Positions 16,064 to 33,880 of a stretch of 64,000 nucleotides of DNA are shown one piece after another. Where the stretch lies: assembly GCF_009914755.1 (NCBI RefSeq), contig NC_060928.1; one strand, given 5' to 3'. Numbering within the stretch: the stretch's first letter is position 1; every line of letters starts with the position of its first letter. This stretch comes from the human T2T-CHM13v2.0 reference genome, Homo sapiens. The position numbers and the translations under genes are program-made. The notes under the pieces were generated by a model. It saw only the letters and a program-made list of their open reading frames with translations. It was not told the DNA's origin and searched no databases.

Positions 16064-17115
16064 GTGGCCAACTGACGAACTGTGTTCACCTGATAAGGAG
16101 TCGTGGCTGCTTGGACAGGCTCAAACCAAGAGAGCCTTTCGTTTTGTCTCCCCTGTTTTTCTGCCTGCGTTTTCTCCACATTAGCCACTCAATTTCCAGT
16201 ACCATCCTGGCGGATGACTTCAGCATTAGATGGTCAGGTGTATTTTTTTATTAATAGGCGCATTCAGTTTGGAAAAGACAGCTTTTCATTAATGTCCCAC
16301 GTAAAGGAATATGGCCTATACAGTACGTACGCTGCTGCGTGGTCATATTTGTTCCTGTGATCTTATTGTATTTTCAAAGTTTGGAAGTATACTCGTGTGC
16401 TTTGCTGTTTTTTTATGCTTCCTGGAATTTGGGGACTCATGAGAGACTTGAGGTTAGAGTTCTGCAAGTGAGAAGACACTACATGGTTGCAGCTGCCACA
16501 TGAAGAACCCAAGCTCCTGTCAAAGTTGTGAATGCGACTTTGGATGAGATTAAGAAGGCCCAGTGGTTGGTCTTGAAGAGTGGCAGTGTGTGGATTTGAG
16601 GACCTCTGCAGACCATCAGATCAAAGGAGGGAGAGCTGTTTTGGGTGTTTTGTTTTTTTTGTTTTTATAGCATTTTGCTTTTTCTTGGAATGTAATTTTC
16701 CTATGGCATGTTAACTGGTGCACATCGTGTAACCTGTCTGGTGAGCAACCTACAATTGGGATGAGTTCTAGGTACATGTGTTTGCTGACTTTGGGGTAAA
16801 CAACTTTGTTATAATACAGTCTCTGCCACAGATGCATGTGACCTCTTCAGGGGCCCAGAGTGGCTGAGGAAGGAAAGCTTCAAGCTGGCCATGGGGGTCC
16901 CAAACAGTCATTCCAGGCTTAGATGATGACTAGCCTAGGTCATCAGAGCCCAGACTCCACAGAGACTAAAATCAGAGCTCTGTCTTGTTATGATAAATTT
17001 CATTTGCTTGGAAAAAGAAATGCTGAAAGCCAGTGTTTAGAATCTTTGTGCAGATGACCAAAGCAATTGACTTGGCCAAGAAAAGGTAAGGTAAATAAAC
17101 ATTTTTCAAAATGAG
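16064..17115 (+). other. Non-coding terminal exon of MRFAP1L2; acceptor AG at 16062-16063, AATAAA at 17094-17099
   Basis: TTCTCCCACTTGTACTTTAG|GT is homologous to the MRFAP1L1 acceptor TTCTCCCAATTGTGCTTTAG|GT; ATGACCAAAGC is shared before the polyA signal. Confidence 0.65.
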
Positions 17116-17507
17116 TTTCTCCTTGATAGTGGTCACTGTCAAATGGAGGAGAATTGCTTCTGACTCACGAGTTGTTCAAAGCCTGTAGCCCAGGGTGGGG
17201 TTTGAGCTGCAGAAGAAGAAGAAGGCAGACCTAGAGTAGGAAAGGGGTGCCTCATGAAGCCATATGGTCTGGCCCCAGCCTTTGGAGAGGTGAAGTCCAT
17301 TCAGGCAGCTAGTGTTCACTGTGACCACAGAGCTCCACACTATGCCAGGCACTAGGAATTTCTTGGAGAGACGATCTAGTGGGTTGAGACAGGTCTGAAA
17401 ACACAGTACAGTGTCCGCAATGCTGGTCTTTGATTCAACGCATAAATTGAGCACCTACAGATGCTGAGACTACCTGAGTGAACAAAGTGCTTGTAAAATT
17501 GGATCTG

Positions 17508-17640
17508 AGGGCCAGGCATGGTAGCTCATGCCTGTAATCCCATTTCTTTAGGAGGCCTGAGCAGGAGTATTGCTTGAGGCCAGGAGTTTGAGATCAGCCT
17601 GGGCAACATGGTGAGACCCTGTCTCTAATAGAAAAAAAAA
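17508..17640 (+). mobile_element. FLAM / Alu monomer
   Basis: Single Alu left arm with A-tail. Confidence 0.8.
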
Positions 17641-19099
17641 GTTGGATTTGTTATTCATAAGATGCTTAGAATTGTGTCTGGCTATAGTAAGTGTTTCCTA
17701 AGTATTTGTTAGATAACCCCTAAATGAGGGAAGCAGGAAAAAAATGATATGTACCCATATTAGATAGTGTAAGTTCTGTGGGGGAAAAAAATGGCATTGG
17801 GGGATAGGGTGTGGGATTTCTAGTTGATTTGCATGGTCAGGTAACATGTCTGATATGACATTTGAGTGAAGGCTGATGTGTGGAATATGCATGGGTGTCT
17901 GGGGAAAGAGTCTTCTAGGCACGGGAACAAGCAGGGTAAAAAGGTGAGGCAGCATGAAACCCCAGTGGGAAGGGAGGAAGTGGTGGGCACCGAGGTCAGA
18001 GGGAGAAGCGGGTGGATGTGAAGCTGGTGGGGGGTTGCCAGCAGAGGAGCGATGGGAACTGACCATCTGAGGTGGTGGCTGCTGTGCTCAGGCCTGACAG
18101 TGGGGGACCAGGACAAGAGTGGGAGGCAGCGTGGAGAGTGGAGCACGCGCTGTGTGGATGGGGACGGGTGTGGACTGCGTTGGGAAGGTGCCGAGGGCCT
18201 GCCTGTGGACATGAGAGGATTCAGCAATGGCTCTGAGGCTCGGGACCTGAGCACCTATTTAGTACCATTTGTCAAACAAACTGGGCCACTTTTGAAAGTG
18301 AAGGGTGGCTCTATTAATAGAAATTCATCTGGGACTGCAGATGTAAACAAGGACTTTCACAGGCAAAGAGGTGCTTACGCTGTGTCTGGTGGGAGGACTT
18401 AGGGAGGAGTCCCCTCAGACCCACTGACTTGCTCTGAGCGGAAGCATGGGCACAGCTACACAAACAGCACCTCAAGCATGGGGAACACGAAACAGGCCAG
18501 GGGCCCAGCGTGGGCTGCAGAGGCCGCCCGTGGATGGAAATGGGGCGGGGGGAATGGGGGATCCTTCGGGAGACCTGTCTTTGAGTCTTGTCTCTCGGGT
18601 AAGGCAAGCGCGCTTACAGTTAAATACATTTCCTTTTTTAAAAAAATTTTCCCTGGGATTGTTAAATTTGCTTTAGCAAACTTGTAAAGAGGAACATCAT
18701 TATATAGGATGTCAGTGGGATGGTAGGAGTAGGTAGAAGTCTAAAACCACACAAAGGGGCCAAAAGGGAAACATTTTGCACTGGCCTGTCTCGTCTGTTA
18801 CCTCCCAGCCCAATTCCCTAAGCTCCCGCCAGTGTTAGGACACTGAGGATGTGAAAATGAGAAAACAAAAGCCTGTATTACAAGAATCCACTTGGGATTA
18901 GGCACTTAACATATCTAATTTTCACAAATATCAGAGGTCATTTTATTATCCCCATTGTTCAGGTGGGGAAACTTCAGCCAAAAACAAAACAGAAAACAAC
19001 CCTAGAACCTTGCCGGGAAGAATTCAACTGATGCCAAAGCTCTTTCACAACATCAGTAGCTCCTGATGTGCCATCTGCATCCTCTAACTGTCGTGATGG

Positions 19100-19420
<321 letters not shown>

Positions 19421-20079
19421 CGTGATGGTTTTTGAAACAATGGTTCAGAATGCTGACCACTCTGGAGAGGGCTGCAGCAGCAAGCCTGGGACTGAGTTTC
19501 TGGCCTCATAGAATGTTCCATGAGAGACCCTCTCTGACTGACGAGAGGTGTAAGTTGTCTCTCAGGCTAAGTGAGATTTGGAGGGCTGAATGCAGGCATC
19601 CCCGCTCTGCTCATGTCCCATGTTCCAGATGTCTTCTGGACACCAGCCAGTGGATGTCATAGGATGGATTCACTTCTTTGTTGATGTATTCATCCAGTGT
19701 GTTATGCTGGCAATGTACTAGGTCCAACTAAGAAGCAGTTGGCTCCTTGGCGATGGAGTCATTGATTCATTTGTTCAAGTATTCTTTGAATAGATACCAA
19801 AGACTTAACATGTGCCAGGCCCGGAGTAGACATGACAGCCACCCTTTTGCACAGCTGCTGCCTTCAGAGGGTTTGCACCCTAGTGGGTGAGATGGACACT
19901 TAGCCCCTGCGTGTGGGTGAGAAATGCTGAGCATGAGCAGAGCCCAGGGTGGGTGGTATCTACCCAGCCAGGGAATAGGCAAGGCTCCTTCCCTGAGGGG
20001 TCACAGATATGTGTTACATGATTGAAGCCGTGTGGGGATGTGGGCAGGGGAAAGGAGGGTGTGTAGAAGGTTCCAATCT

Positions 20080-20411
<332 letters not shown>

Positions 20412-23278
20412 TCAGCAGAGAACAACTGAGGCCCAGCCCTCTACATCTGCATGTTTCCTCATCCTGCCTGACTCCTTTGATGAAGGCAGTTTGGATCTTG
20501 GGTGCCATGATGGTAAAAGCTAAGTTTGTGAACTTTGCGTCTTGGGAGCCAAGGGCAATATCCTGTGTATGAGCCTAGAGGAAGAGAACGCACTTGGGGA
20601 GGAAGAGCCCCAACCCCGCTGTACATCGGACAGCGAACAGCACACAAGGCGTGGGCCGGGATCAGGAGGGCAGTTCCATTCCTGGCTGTGCTGATTACTC
20701 ACCCTGTGGCCATCTCTTTGGGGGCCACCATAAAATGATAGATTTGCACTGTGTTGTCTCTGAGTTTCCTTGGAACCTAGACATTTCATTTGACTCAGAT
20801 TCATATAAAGTAACCAGCCACCTCGTGGACAATTTTAGCCTTGCTCCCTGAGGTAGCACTTTGAAGACAGGTGTCTGAGGCCCTCTCAGAGACTTTTGGA
20901 ATTTCATTATATGGTCTAGCCACACTCGCACTTCCAAGTAGGTCCTATATTGGGACTAAGAGTCTCATTAGCAGAAGATTCCTGGGTTCCAAGATGCCCT
21001 GAGACTTCTCTCCAACTGGAAAAAGGTTGCTGAACAAATGAAATTGATCTTTGATCTTTCTCCCCCTTGATTATGTCATATGACAACATAATTCTTGGGT
21101 ATTCAGAGGCATCCTGAACTTGGGTCAGGGTGTACCTGTCAGTCTTATTATTTGTTCAGTGTCCTGTAAGTCAGACACATTTTTCTGTGTTTCTTCATTC
21201 CCACAGTCCTGGTCGCACATATACTCTGAGACGCAGAAGAATGAAGAGTTCCTTAATGTGGTCCCTTGAGTCATTGCTCTCTGACAAACCAGTCCCATTA
21301 TCTTCCTCAGTTTTGTTTCCTCTCTTTCTTGAAAGATAATTTTTCTGGGTATATAATTTTAGGTTGGCGAGTATTTTCTCTTGGTGTCATTAACATGTTA
21401 TTTCACTAACTTTGGCTTCTATGTTGAGAATTCAGCTGTCACTCCAGTGTTTGGCGCTTAGAATGGAATTGAAGTCTGGGCCACAGACCACAAAGTGCAG
21501 AGTGGGCAGGCTTCTGTGGTCCCCCAGTCCAGTTTCTCGGTGCTTCTTCACTCCTGGCCACACTGGCTGCTTTGCTGTTTCCTGGCCATGGCAAGCATGT
21601 GGTGTGGCCCCAGGGCCTTTGCCCATGCTGAATCCCCTGACTGGGACACTACTGCAGCTGAACCATGGTAAAGGTGGACAGAGAAAACATGCAGCATTCT
21701 TTGGAGAAGTTCTGCTGTAACGTGGCAGAGAAATGGGGTGACTGCAGAGGTAGCTGAAGGGAGGGTGTCTTTCTGTGTGTGACCATGTGTGATGTGGACA
21801 GCTGTACCGCCTGACGGGACTGACCTGGTGCAGCAGGACAGATGGGATGCAGGTGGCGCAGCTGCAGGCAGCAGGTGGGGTGGCCCCTGCAGCTCCCCCT
21901 GTAGGTGCCTGCCTTCCTCTGCATCTTGCAGAGTCCCTCCTCTGGTGGTCAGCCAGTTCGCATAATCCCATCCCCAACTTAATTCGATGAAGCCAGTAGC
22001 CAGAAGTGCACCTGCACTGACACTTCATTTCTAGAACATTTCCTTTGGGAACATTCCAACCACGACCCAAATGCCGCCCCTCCAAGCCCCCAGCCCTCTC
22101 CCTGCTTTCCCCCAGAGTCCTGAACTTCAAGTTCTAGGGCACCCCAGCCAGCTTAGGCTCCCCTCACACAGCTTGTTCCACACTTCAGCCCACCAAGTCT
22201 TCTGTGGCCTCTCGGGGCCCTCTCCCTCCTGAGCAGTCCAGTTTGTTCTAAAGTTATATGTTGGATGATTATGGTTTATGAGCCCTGACCCACGAGCCCT
22301 TTCCCCCAGGGTCTCTGGGGGAGCTGGCCTGAAAAGCTTCCACAAAAAGCAGGAGGCCATGTTCTGCCCTCCCTGAGTGGCGTCAGTGCCCTGGGCACGA
22401 GGGCTCCCCCTGCCGGCTGCCCCCAGCTCCTGTGCAGCCCTCTGCTGACAGTGGAGAGGCCTCCCCACCATTCAGCAGGCTGCCCCCAGTGCATTCAGCA
22501 GGTGCGCCTGCAGCGTGGAGGTGTGCAGGCAGGTGCAGTTCATGACCAAAGGATGGTCGTGCTGTTTCTTAGTCAAGCTCATAGAAGCCCAGGCTCACTG
22601 TGGATCCATTCTCGCCCCACTCGGATCGCAGGCAGCAGTCCTCTCAAGGCTCTGCCTGAGCACAGATGACTTCAGAACCCTTATCCGTGTGCAGTCTGGG
22701 GGACACCTGGTGGACAGCCTTTTGGGAGGATGTTTGATGTGCTACTTAGACTCCACGAAGGTCCCTTTGGAAGACTCATCCTGCAGGTCCACTTTACTGG
22801 AGAAGGCACCAGTCTCATCAATGGCCAATCCACGGAGCATCATTTCCCAGCTTTTTCATTATTCTCAGGATGCTACCAGCCCAGCCCTCCTGAGAGGTTC
22901 AACGACTGTGGATGGAAGAGGGGAGCCCTCATTAAAAGAAGACGTTCCCAGCTGCCATCCAGAGCTCATCACACCAAGTCTTTGGGGGCTGTGGGGCAGC
23001 TGGGCAGCGTTCTTTGCATTTCTTTGCTCCAGCCTTGGTGCAGGTGGAGGGAGGTGAGCAGAAGATACTTTCCCATTGTGCCTTCTGCATCTGTGAGCTG
23101 TGCAGCCCTGGGGAAGGCACCAGGCCTTTCTGAATATCTCTCCCCACCCGTAAGATGGGCATGATACTCCCTGCCTGTATCCCTGTCAGAACTGCTGGGA
23201 GGACTGATTGGAGAAAACTTTGCCCTAGATTAGCAATTAAATTTTCGCTAAGGAGCCAGATAGTAAATGCCATAAGAA

Positions 23279-23601
<323 letters not shown>

Positions 23602-24707
23602 TCAAGGCTGCTGAGCCTGAATAAGTCCAGTAAGGTAATGCACCCCACTGGCAGATGAGTGGAGAAAGAAAAACACACTAAGGTCTCATTAGACACAGAA
23701 AAGGCATTTCACGCAATCTAGTACATGAACATTCATTTCAAAACTTCTCACACGCTAGTACTAGGTGGATAAAATTGTCCACTTACAACCTGCGGGAAAC
23801 ATTCTCCTTAAGCCAGGGGACAATGAAGCCATGCCATGTAACATGATGGCAGCAGGGTGCTTGTGGCTGGAGCGGGAGGGCTGGGGCGGGGAGCAGTGAG
23901 GCAGAGATTTGGTTGGTTGCTTGGTTGGTTTTAAATAAACCTTTACCACCCATGCACCTGGGAAACACTTAATCGTGGCTCACACCAGCCAGCTCTCCTC
24001 ACCTAGTTGCAGACAGCACCCCAGGTCTGCTGTGGGCAGCAGAGTTTGGCAGGATGCTGACCCTCACCTTGACCCTGACCCCTCCAGTCCTCCACCCTCT
24101 GTCTCTCCTCTCCCAGCCCTGCCTCCATACCACCCACAGCTCCAGGAAAGGGGCCCCTGTCCTGAGCTGGGCTCCAGGCATTCAGAGGTGGGTTGGACCC
24201 ACCCTTGGCCTTTGCAGAGCTCCCAGGCCACTGGCAGGGCTAGTGCTCGTAGAGAGGGAGGCCCTAACCAAAGGGACCAGAACAAGAGGGACGAGACCGC
24301 CTTGCTGGACTGAAGTGGAAAGCGTGCTGGGAGGGCTCAGGTGGAAAGGCAAGCTGTGCCAGAGCAGGACAGTGGCCATGGTGCCTGTGAAGGAAGATGC
24401 GCGCCTTCTCACTGCTGCACACACCAGCACTGACTCCTACAAGCTGGGGTGTGTGGCAACATTCTTCTGGAAGAAACCACAGCAACTGTTAGTAGTTGCC
24501 CCAGACTGAGGGCTGAGGCTGGGTCGAGTGAGGGTTTTCCGTTTCATCAGGTGCCCTTCTAATCTCGCTTAAATTTTCTAAACCTGCTTGAGACCCTCTT
24601 TATTTAGTTGCTAATATCAACAAAATATATCTGAGTAGCAAGATTAAGCTCCGTTTTTTTGTTATTTATACTTCATAGTGTTTAAAAAACTAATAAAAGT
24701 AATATTA

Positions 24708-25288
<581 letters not shown>

Positions 25289-26177
25289 TAAAATAAACGT
25301 TAAAGGTAAAACATGTAAGCATTCAGGTGCTTCAACTTTAGTCTCATTTCCAGGAGTCCATCTAAAGAAAGAGGGGCCGGGCCAGAGTGCTCAGCAGCAG
25401 TCCCCATCCGCACACCTCCAGGACAAGCGCCACAGTGTCGCGATCACAGTCGCTGGCTGAGGGAAAATGTCTCGTGCACTTTATTCAGGGTCTTCACAGC
25501 TCCCCATGAGGCAGATGCCAGCGTCGCTCTCTGCGGGCTTCCCTTAAGGCCCCCGGTTCCAGAACAAACCGCTGCTCTCCTCACAAGGACAAGAGACTCC
25601 CCTGCTCTCCCGCCACTTCAGGAGACAGTGGGCACCTGAGGGGGCTGAGATTTGGAGAAACGGCCCCCCTTTCCTGAGCTGGCAGGGCTGGGAGTGGCTG
25701 CACCTCATAGACCAATTCCAGGAGTAGGACCCATGAGTCCTCTTCTGGTCCCAGACCCAAGCTAGCTTCTCCAACCCAGCTTTCCCGTGAACAGGATGGC
25801 CAGGCTGTGGCTCTGCGGTCTTCCCAAGGGAAGGAGGAGGCAGGGGGCTTGCACACCCCCAGGCTTCGCCCTACTCCTCCCCGCCTGACCTCTCTTGCCT
25901 GCACCGTGGGCTGGCGGGTTGGTCCCCACCAGGATGCCACAGCACCTCCTCCAGGGCAGGGACCACACTCTCCCCGGTATCCCCAGCACCTAGCGAGAGT
26001 GTTTCCAACCAAGCGTTTGCTAAACTGAACCCAGAGCCAGAAAGGAGCTTGGAAAAACTCACATGCCTGGGGCAGCCCAACCTCAGGTGAGGGGAGCGGG
26101 GGGCTTGACTGTCCCGCTCTGGCAGGAACGGATGCCCAGTGTGGTCACATCATCTGATTTCCATGTTAGGAATCCTC

Positions 26178-26618
26178 TTGTGTGTGTGTGTGTGTGTGTG
26201 TGAAACCTTATTTTTGAACATTGGTAACTTATTTTAACACTGATTGATTGATTGAGTTTTAAGCGATTGGCTCGTGTGATTGTGGGGACTGGTAAGTCCA
26301 AACTCTTAGGGCAGGCTGGCAGGCCTGAGACTCAGGGAATAGCTGATATCTCAGGCTTGAGTCCACACGGTGCAGGCTGGAAACTGAGTCAGGCTTTCTG
26401 TATTGTGCTCTCGAGGCAGAATTCCTTCTGGAAACCTCAGTTTCAACGGATTGAACGAGGCCTACCCACACTATGGAAGGTCATCTGTTTTATTCAAAGT
26501 CCACTAGTTAAATACTAATGACACCCAAAAATATCTTCACAGCGGCATCTAGATGAGAGTTTGAACAAACAACAGGGCCAATAGCCTATCCAAGTGGACA
26601 GATAACATTCACCATTCA
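26178..26618 (-). mobile_element. (TG)n microsatellite followed by an MLT2-like ERVL LTR
   Basis: GATTGGCTCGTGTGATTGTGGGGACTGGTAAGTCC...CCAAGTGGACAGATAACATTCACCAT. Confidence 0.55.
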
Positions 26619-27569
26619 GCTGCCAATGAGCAACTGCCGGATGGGCACTGCCCATCCTCACAACAATCCTTGGGGTAGGAGCATGTGCACCCCATCCATT
26701 TTACAGATGAGAAAACTGGGCTCAGAGAGGTCCCCAGCCAGCACATGGCTGAGCCAGACTTGGACCCCATCCTCTGCTCCAGGCCTCAGCCTGCACCCCC
26801 ACCCCAGGGTGTTGACCTTGGCAGCACTGGGAGACTCGCTGCGAGGGCAGAAGCGGCAAATGTGGGGTGTGCCGACTGCAGACTTAACAGGACTTCCACA
26901 GGCTGCAGTGCCCAGCCTCTCTCCCTCCTCCTCTCAACTCCTCCTCCTCCAGGTTCTCCAACAGGCCTTCCCTTTGTGGGCACCCAAGACCCAGACAGGG
27001 GAGCTGACTATGGAGACTGCCTCGCCCGTGTCAGGACCCCCAGTGCACATGGCCACTCGGGGGTGGGAAGAACTGTCTCTCCAGGAACTGGCTGGATGGG
27101 TCTGGGAGATGGAGACCCCATGTTTTCACAGGGCTCCTGATTTCTCCCCATGTGAGTTTCTTAGTCTAAATAGAAATGTTTTAAAACCCCTGGTGTTCTA
27201 ATGTGCCCAGCATGCACTGTGCACGCCTAGGAATCTGGGCACCTTGGTGTGAGAATGTGGGCTCTGTGGGTTCAGAGTCCTGGAGGTGATCTCATCTGAA
27301 TCCCTTGTTTTACAGATGAAGAAAGTGGCCCTAGAGGAAGGAAAGGGCCCCAGAGTCACTCAGGAAGTCAGTGACCCAGGGGCTGGGCAGGCTGCTCACC
27401 TGAGGCCAGTACCCTGCACCAGCCAGCCCTGTGCTCACAGGCAGGGGGCCCCGTTCCTGCCACCACCGGGACACTTGAGATGTCCCTGTGCTTCTACTTA
27501 AAATGAAGGTCACAGGGAGGAATTCATGTCCATGCCAGAGGGATCTGATGAGGAAAGACATTTGAAGCC

Positions 27570-27707
27570 TTTTTGTTTTTAATTTTTTTGTAGAGATGGG
27601 GTCTTGCTATGTTGCCCAGGCTGGTCTTGATCTCCTGGGCTCAAGCCATCCTCCTGCCTCAGCCTCCCAGAGTGTTGGGATTACAGGCATGAGCCACTGC
27701 ATTGGCC
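27570..27707 (-). mobile_element. FLAM / Alu monomer
   Basis: Reverse Alu left arm. Confidence 0.8.
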
Positions 27708-28473
27708 TGAAGGACATTAGCATGTTAGATGGGCATCTGCCAGGCCTGGGTCAGCACATGCAGGAAGGTGCTCTGAGTCCCCTATGCTTCAAAGCAGAGT
27801 GCTCTCCACCACAGGCAGTCCTGGACTTGGACCCAGTCTCCCCAGATTGTCAGGGGTTTTCTGGTACTCTGTCACCTGGAAGTCTTGACTCACAAAAGAA
27901 ATCAACTCAACAGAGATGATGGTGTGGCCTTGAGGAAGGCCTTGAGTGAGAAGGCAGGAGTAGTGGGGACCCGCAGATCTGGGGGGCTGTGGAACATGGA
28001 ACCCTGGCCCAAAAAAGGTGGTTGGAAGACACTATGCAACCTGCTGCATCTCCTTTGAGAAGGTGGGCTTTTTCTTTCTGTTCAGGCACTTTGCCAGCGT
28101 TTAATATTTCATGTCCATCACCAAAGCCACTCTACAGCAGCTCACAGGGGTGCAGAATCACAGACTTCCAGCTTTAGGAAATATCTAAATTCCTCATCCC
28201 GCTCTCTGTCCCCCACCATCCACATCCCCCTGACTCCCGCCACATGGAGCTGCTTCCCTATCCCACAGCTTCTGCCCCTGCTGCAATCTCTCCAGATGTG
28301 CCACACTCTGTCCCAGCTCCAGTCCCTGTCACCCCTGTGAGAATGTCCTGAGACCGGAGCACACATCAGAATCCCCTGACAGGTTTCTCTGGCCCCTCTC
28401 CCAGCCTTCCCTGCAGTGGATGCCCTGCCTCAGGGTTGTTCTAGCTCAGGGGATGCCGGCCCTGCTGTTCTGG

Positions 28474-28970
28474 TGTAGCAGGAGGAGCCACAGACAAAAC
28501 TCCTCAGACACTGGATTAAAGAAGGAAGAGGTTTATTCAGCCGGGAGCATCAGCAGACTTGCGTCTTAAGAGCCGAGCTCCCGGAAAAAGAAATTCTTGG
28601 CCCTTTTAAGGGCTTACACCTCTAAGGGGCCCACGTGAAAGGGTCATGATAAATCGAACAAGCATGGGGAACGTGACTGGGGGCTACATGAATCAGCTAA
28701 CAGAACAGAAAATTTTGCAATGCTTTTTCCTACAATGTCTGGAATTTACAGATAATACAAGTAGTTTAAGTCAGGGGTCGATATTATTATTATTACTTTT
28801 TTTAACTACCAGGGCCAGGTGGTGGTGCCAAGGTCTTCTGGCTATTTATCTTACTTCTGTTTTTTTTTTTTTTTTTTCTAACTTTTTGCTTTCTCTCTTT
28901 CCTCCTGTCTTGTAAACTAGGCAAGGTCGGGGGAGGAGGGCAGCAAGAGTAGTAGTGGTCTCCTTCCTTA
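28474..28970 (-). mobile_element. Solo LTR2B-like (HERV-E/Harlequin group) LTR with 4-bp TSD CTGG
   Basis: Reverse complement begins TAAGGAAGGAGACCACTACTACT and ends CCTGCTACA; CTGG at 28470-28473 and 28971-28974. Confidence 0.8.
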
Positions 28971-29559
28971 CTGGGACCACGCTCTGAAGACCATTCATCC
29001 AAGCAAGCCCCTTTGTCTAGCAAACACCTTCTGCTCCTTCAAGTCTCATCTGAAGCACCACCTCCTCCAGGAAGCCTCCCTGACGTTCCTGCCTGGGTAG
29101 CCGCTCCATGGGGCTCCCACAGCACACCACTGTCACACTGCACTGTCACCATCCGCTGCTTCTCAATGTCCTTGACTGAACTGGTAGCTCCTCGAGGGAC
29201 AGGATGAACCAGTCACACAGCTCCTCTCCAAAGAGCTCCCAGCAGAGAAGGCAGCTGGGAGCGAGGAAGGAGGGAGCAGCAGGTGCTTCGAGCGCCACTG
29301 GGTGGCCGACACCTGCCAGGCACCTCACACGCTCCGCTGCAGTTCATCCTGCACTTTACTTACCCTTGAGTCCCCCTATCTCTGATCATTGTCACTGGTT
29401 CCTAGGAAACTGACACTCGGGTCACAAAACTTGTCCAAGGTGTCACAGAACAAATAAAGGACAAAGCCAGGGACCAAACTAAAGTCAACCTCTGCCTTTC
29501 TACAATGCCAGGCTGCTCACCGTCAAGCAACTTGGCGGTGTCACCGAACTCTGCACCGG

Positions 29560-29980
29560 TGTACTGAGGTGAACAGCATCCCCCAAAATTCATGTCCTTC
29601 CCAGGACCTCAGAATCCAGCCTTCTTTGCAAATCAGATCATTGTGAAAGTTCTAAGTTAAAACGGGGTCATGCTGGGGTAGGGAGGGTCCTTAATTCAAT
29701 ATGACTTGTGTCCTTCTGAGACACAGAGGCACATGGGGGGCCAAGTGACAACAGAGGCAGCGATTGGAGTGCAGGGCCACAGGCGGAGGAAGGCCGCCAA
29801 CCACCGGAGCTGGGGACGGGCTGGGAACAGAGTCCTGCTCTGAGGCCCCAGAAGGAGCAACCCTGACGACGCCTTGATTTCTGCCTTCTCGGCTCCAGAA
29901 CCAAGAGGGAGCCCATTGCTGGTGTTTTCGGCCCTCCAGTTTGTGGTGATTTGTTCCACAGCCCCTAAAAAACAAATACT
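29560..29980 (+). mobile_element. MaLR LTR (MLT1C-like)
   Basis: CCCCCAAAATTCATGTCC...GCCTTGATTTCTGCCTTC...GTTTGTGGTGATTTGTT. Confidence 0.6.
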
Positions 29981-31578
29981 ACCGGTTGGGAATACTCAGT
30001 CACCAGCAACAAGAATCCCCACAGCGTCTCCACGTGGCTGCACGTAGCCGAGGGAGATCACGCCCAGGATTCCTGCAGGAAGAAAGCAGACGGCTGAGAG
30101 CCTCCTCTTTGTATTCGGCAAGACCAGGCTCCGTAGCCCTCAGGGAAACATTCGACCACAACTGTGGTGTGTGGGCCCCGCTGTTTGCTAGAGAGCCTGA
30201 GAGATGAGTCATTGGTTTCTAGCCTGGAGAAAGACGCCTGCGAGGCGAGACTGTCAGGGTCTCTGCCGCCCTCCCCAGGAGCTGTGTCCCTGAGGTGAGA
30301 CGCCACCCCTGCCCTCACAGCTACCCGGTGCATGACCCCTGTGTCCAGCCTGTCCCTGAGAAACTGATTTCCTCACCTCTCTCAGCCTCCTCCCTCATCA
30401 AATATTTGTCGGAGGCATTATCAAGGATCAAACCGGTTTGATCCAGTGCAGTGCAGGAAACGCGGGCAGGGTGGAGGGGCCTGGGCTTGTTGACCAAGTT
30501 CCTCGCTGTGAGCCTCGGTTTCCCCTTCTGCAAAGTGTGGAGATCTCATCAGGTGATGAGTGAGGCCCCTCCTCCTCCTTCAGTTTCCTGCTCCTGCCCA
30601 GGCCTCCGCCAGCTCCCAGTGTCCTTGGGCGAGTGCTGCGGGGACCCTGAACCGCACATGGCTGGGGGCTCCTCACCCTGCAGCCCCTCACTGCCTCACC
30701 GTGCACATCCGCGTCTCACACCAGCGGCCATGTGGGCCTCAAAAGGGCAAACCTGACGGTGCCTCTTGTGGCTGATAACTCTCCAGACCATTGACCTGGC
30801 ACAACAGGATCACCTGGGAGGTGCTGGGCCAGCCCAGCCACTGAACGGGCAGCTCTGCCTGGGTGCGGCCCAGCAAGAGCTAGTTCTTAAAATCACCTAG
30901 GAGCTCGGACGTGTGGCTGGCTCTGCGAGGCCCAGAACTACAGGATCAAGCCCCTGAGGGGCCTTCCCTGGTTGGTGCCCTCCTCCCCCTCCAGCCCATC
31001 TCCACCCTGGACCCCCGCTGCCCATCCCAACTTCTTGATTCCCCAGAGCACTGACTGGTTGTTTGTGCCTTGTTCCTCACTGTCCCACATCCCAAGGCAC
31101 CGACTCCTCCAAGCCTGCCTCCCACTCCACTCCCACTTCACTCTCCCCATGCCCTTCCCGGGCATGAGTTCCTCCACCCCCTAGCACAGGCCCCGCCCTC
31201 CTCCTGGCCTCTCTGCTTCTCCCCTTCCCAGTCACCTCTTCCTTGCCACCTCCTCCATGCACATGGCGCCCTCTGTGGCTGGTACTCCCTGACACCAGGA
31301 TCCCAGCCTCGTTCATCGTGCATCCCCCAGCCCAGCACAGGGACTGGAGAGCTTGGATCAACTTACAGCTCCCACCTGCTTGGGCCGGTGCTGGATCCTG
31401 GGCTACACTCGAGGGGCCGTCTGTCGCATCTGCTGAGCACAGATGTCTGGAGAAGGCCCCATCTGATCCAGATTCCAGAGGACAGAGGAGTCACTTCCAG
31501 AGCTGTTCCCATGACACTCAGGACAGGCTGGGCAGGCCAAGCCTCACCTGCCCCACTGCATAGCTTGTGTTTTCCTGA

Positions 31579-33366
<1,788 letters not shown>

Positions 33367-33880
33367 TTATCCCAAGAGGGAACTGCCCAGCTCAGGAGTG
33401 AGCAGAATGGACCTGTCCCTGCTCCCCAAGGGGTCACCAGTGGGGCCAGTCTGAGCCTCCACTGCAGGACACCTGGGCAGAGGCAGTGTGTTCTGAGAAA
33501 GCCGGCTCTTGTGAGACCTGCTGCTGCCATCGTGCACCAAGGTTTTTCTATGTTGAGCCACAGCCCCGTGGGGAGAGTCTCGGCCCATGTGCTGGTGGAG
33601 GCTGTGTTGGGAGAGGTTAGGGAACTTGCTGGAGGCTGACACTCTGGAAGATCTCTGCTGAGAGAGAGGCCTTTGAGTGTGGGCCTACTTTGACCGGGGC
33701 AGGATGTGAACACAGGCCCCTACCTCCATGCTCTCCAGGACTCGCTCAGCCTCCCAAGCACAGACCCTCTGAGTACCTCCGCTATAGAGACGGGGAGGGG
33801 TGTGACTGTCCCTGACTCTGCCCAGAGTCCCAGGAGCCTTTGTGCCGTCTAAGCCCTGTGGGTGATTTGGGTTTGGTAAG

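Noticed and set aside
21432-23273. ORFs of 113-232 aa in unique-looking sequence
   Set aside because: No recognisable domains, splice structure or promoter; expected by chance in GC-rich DNA
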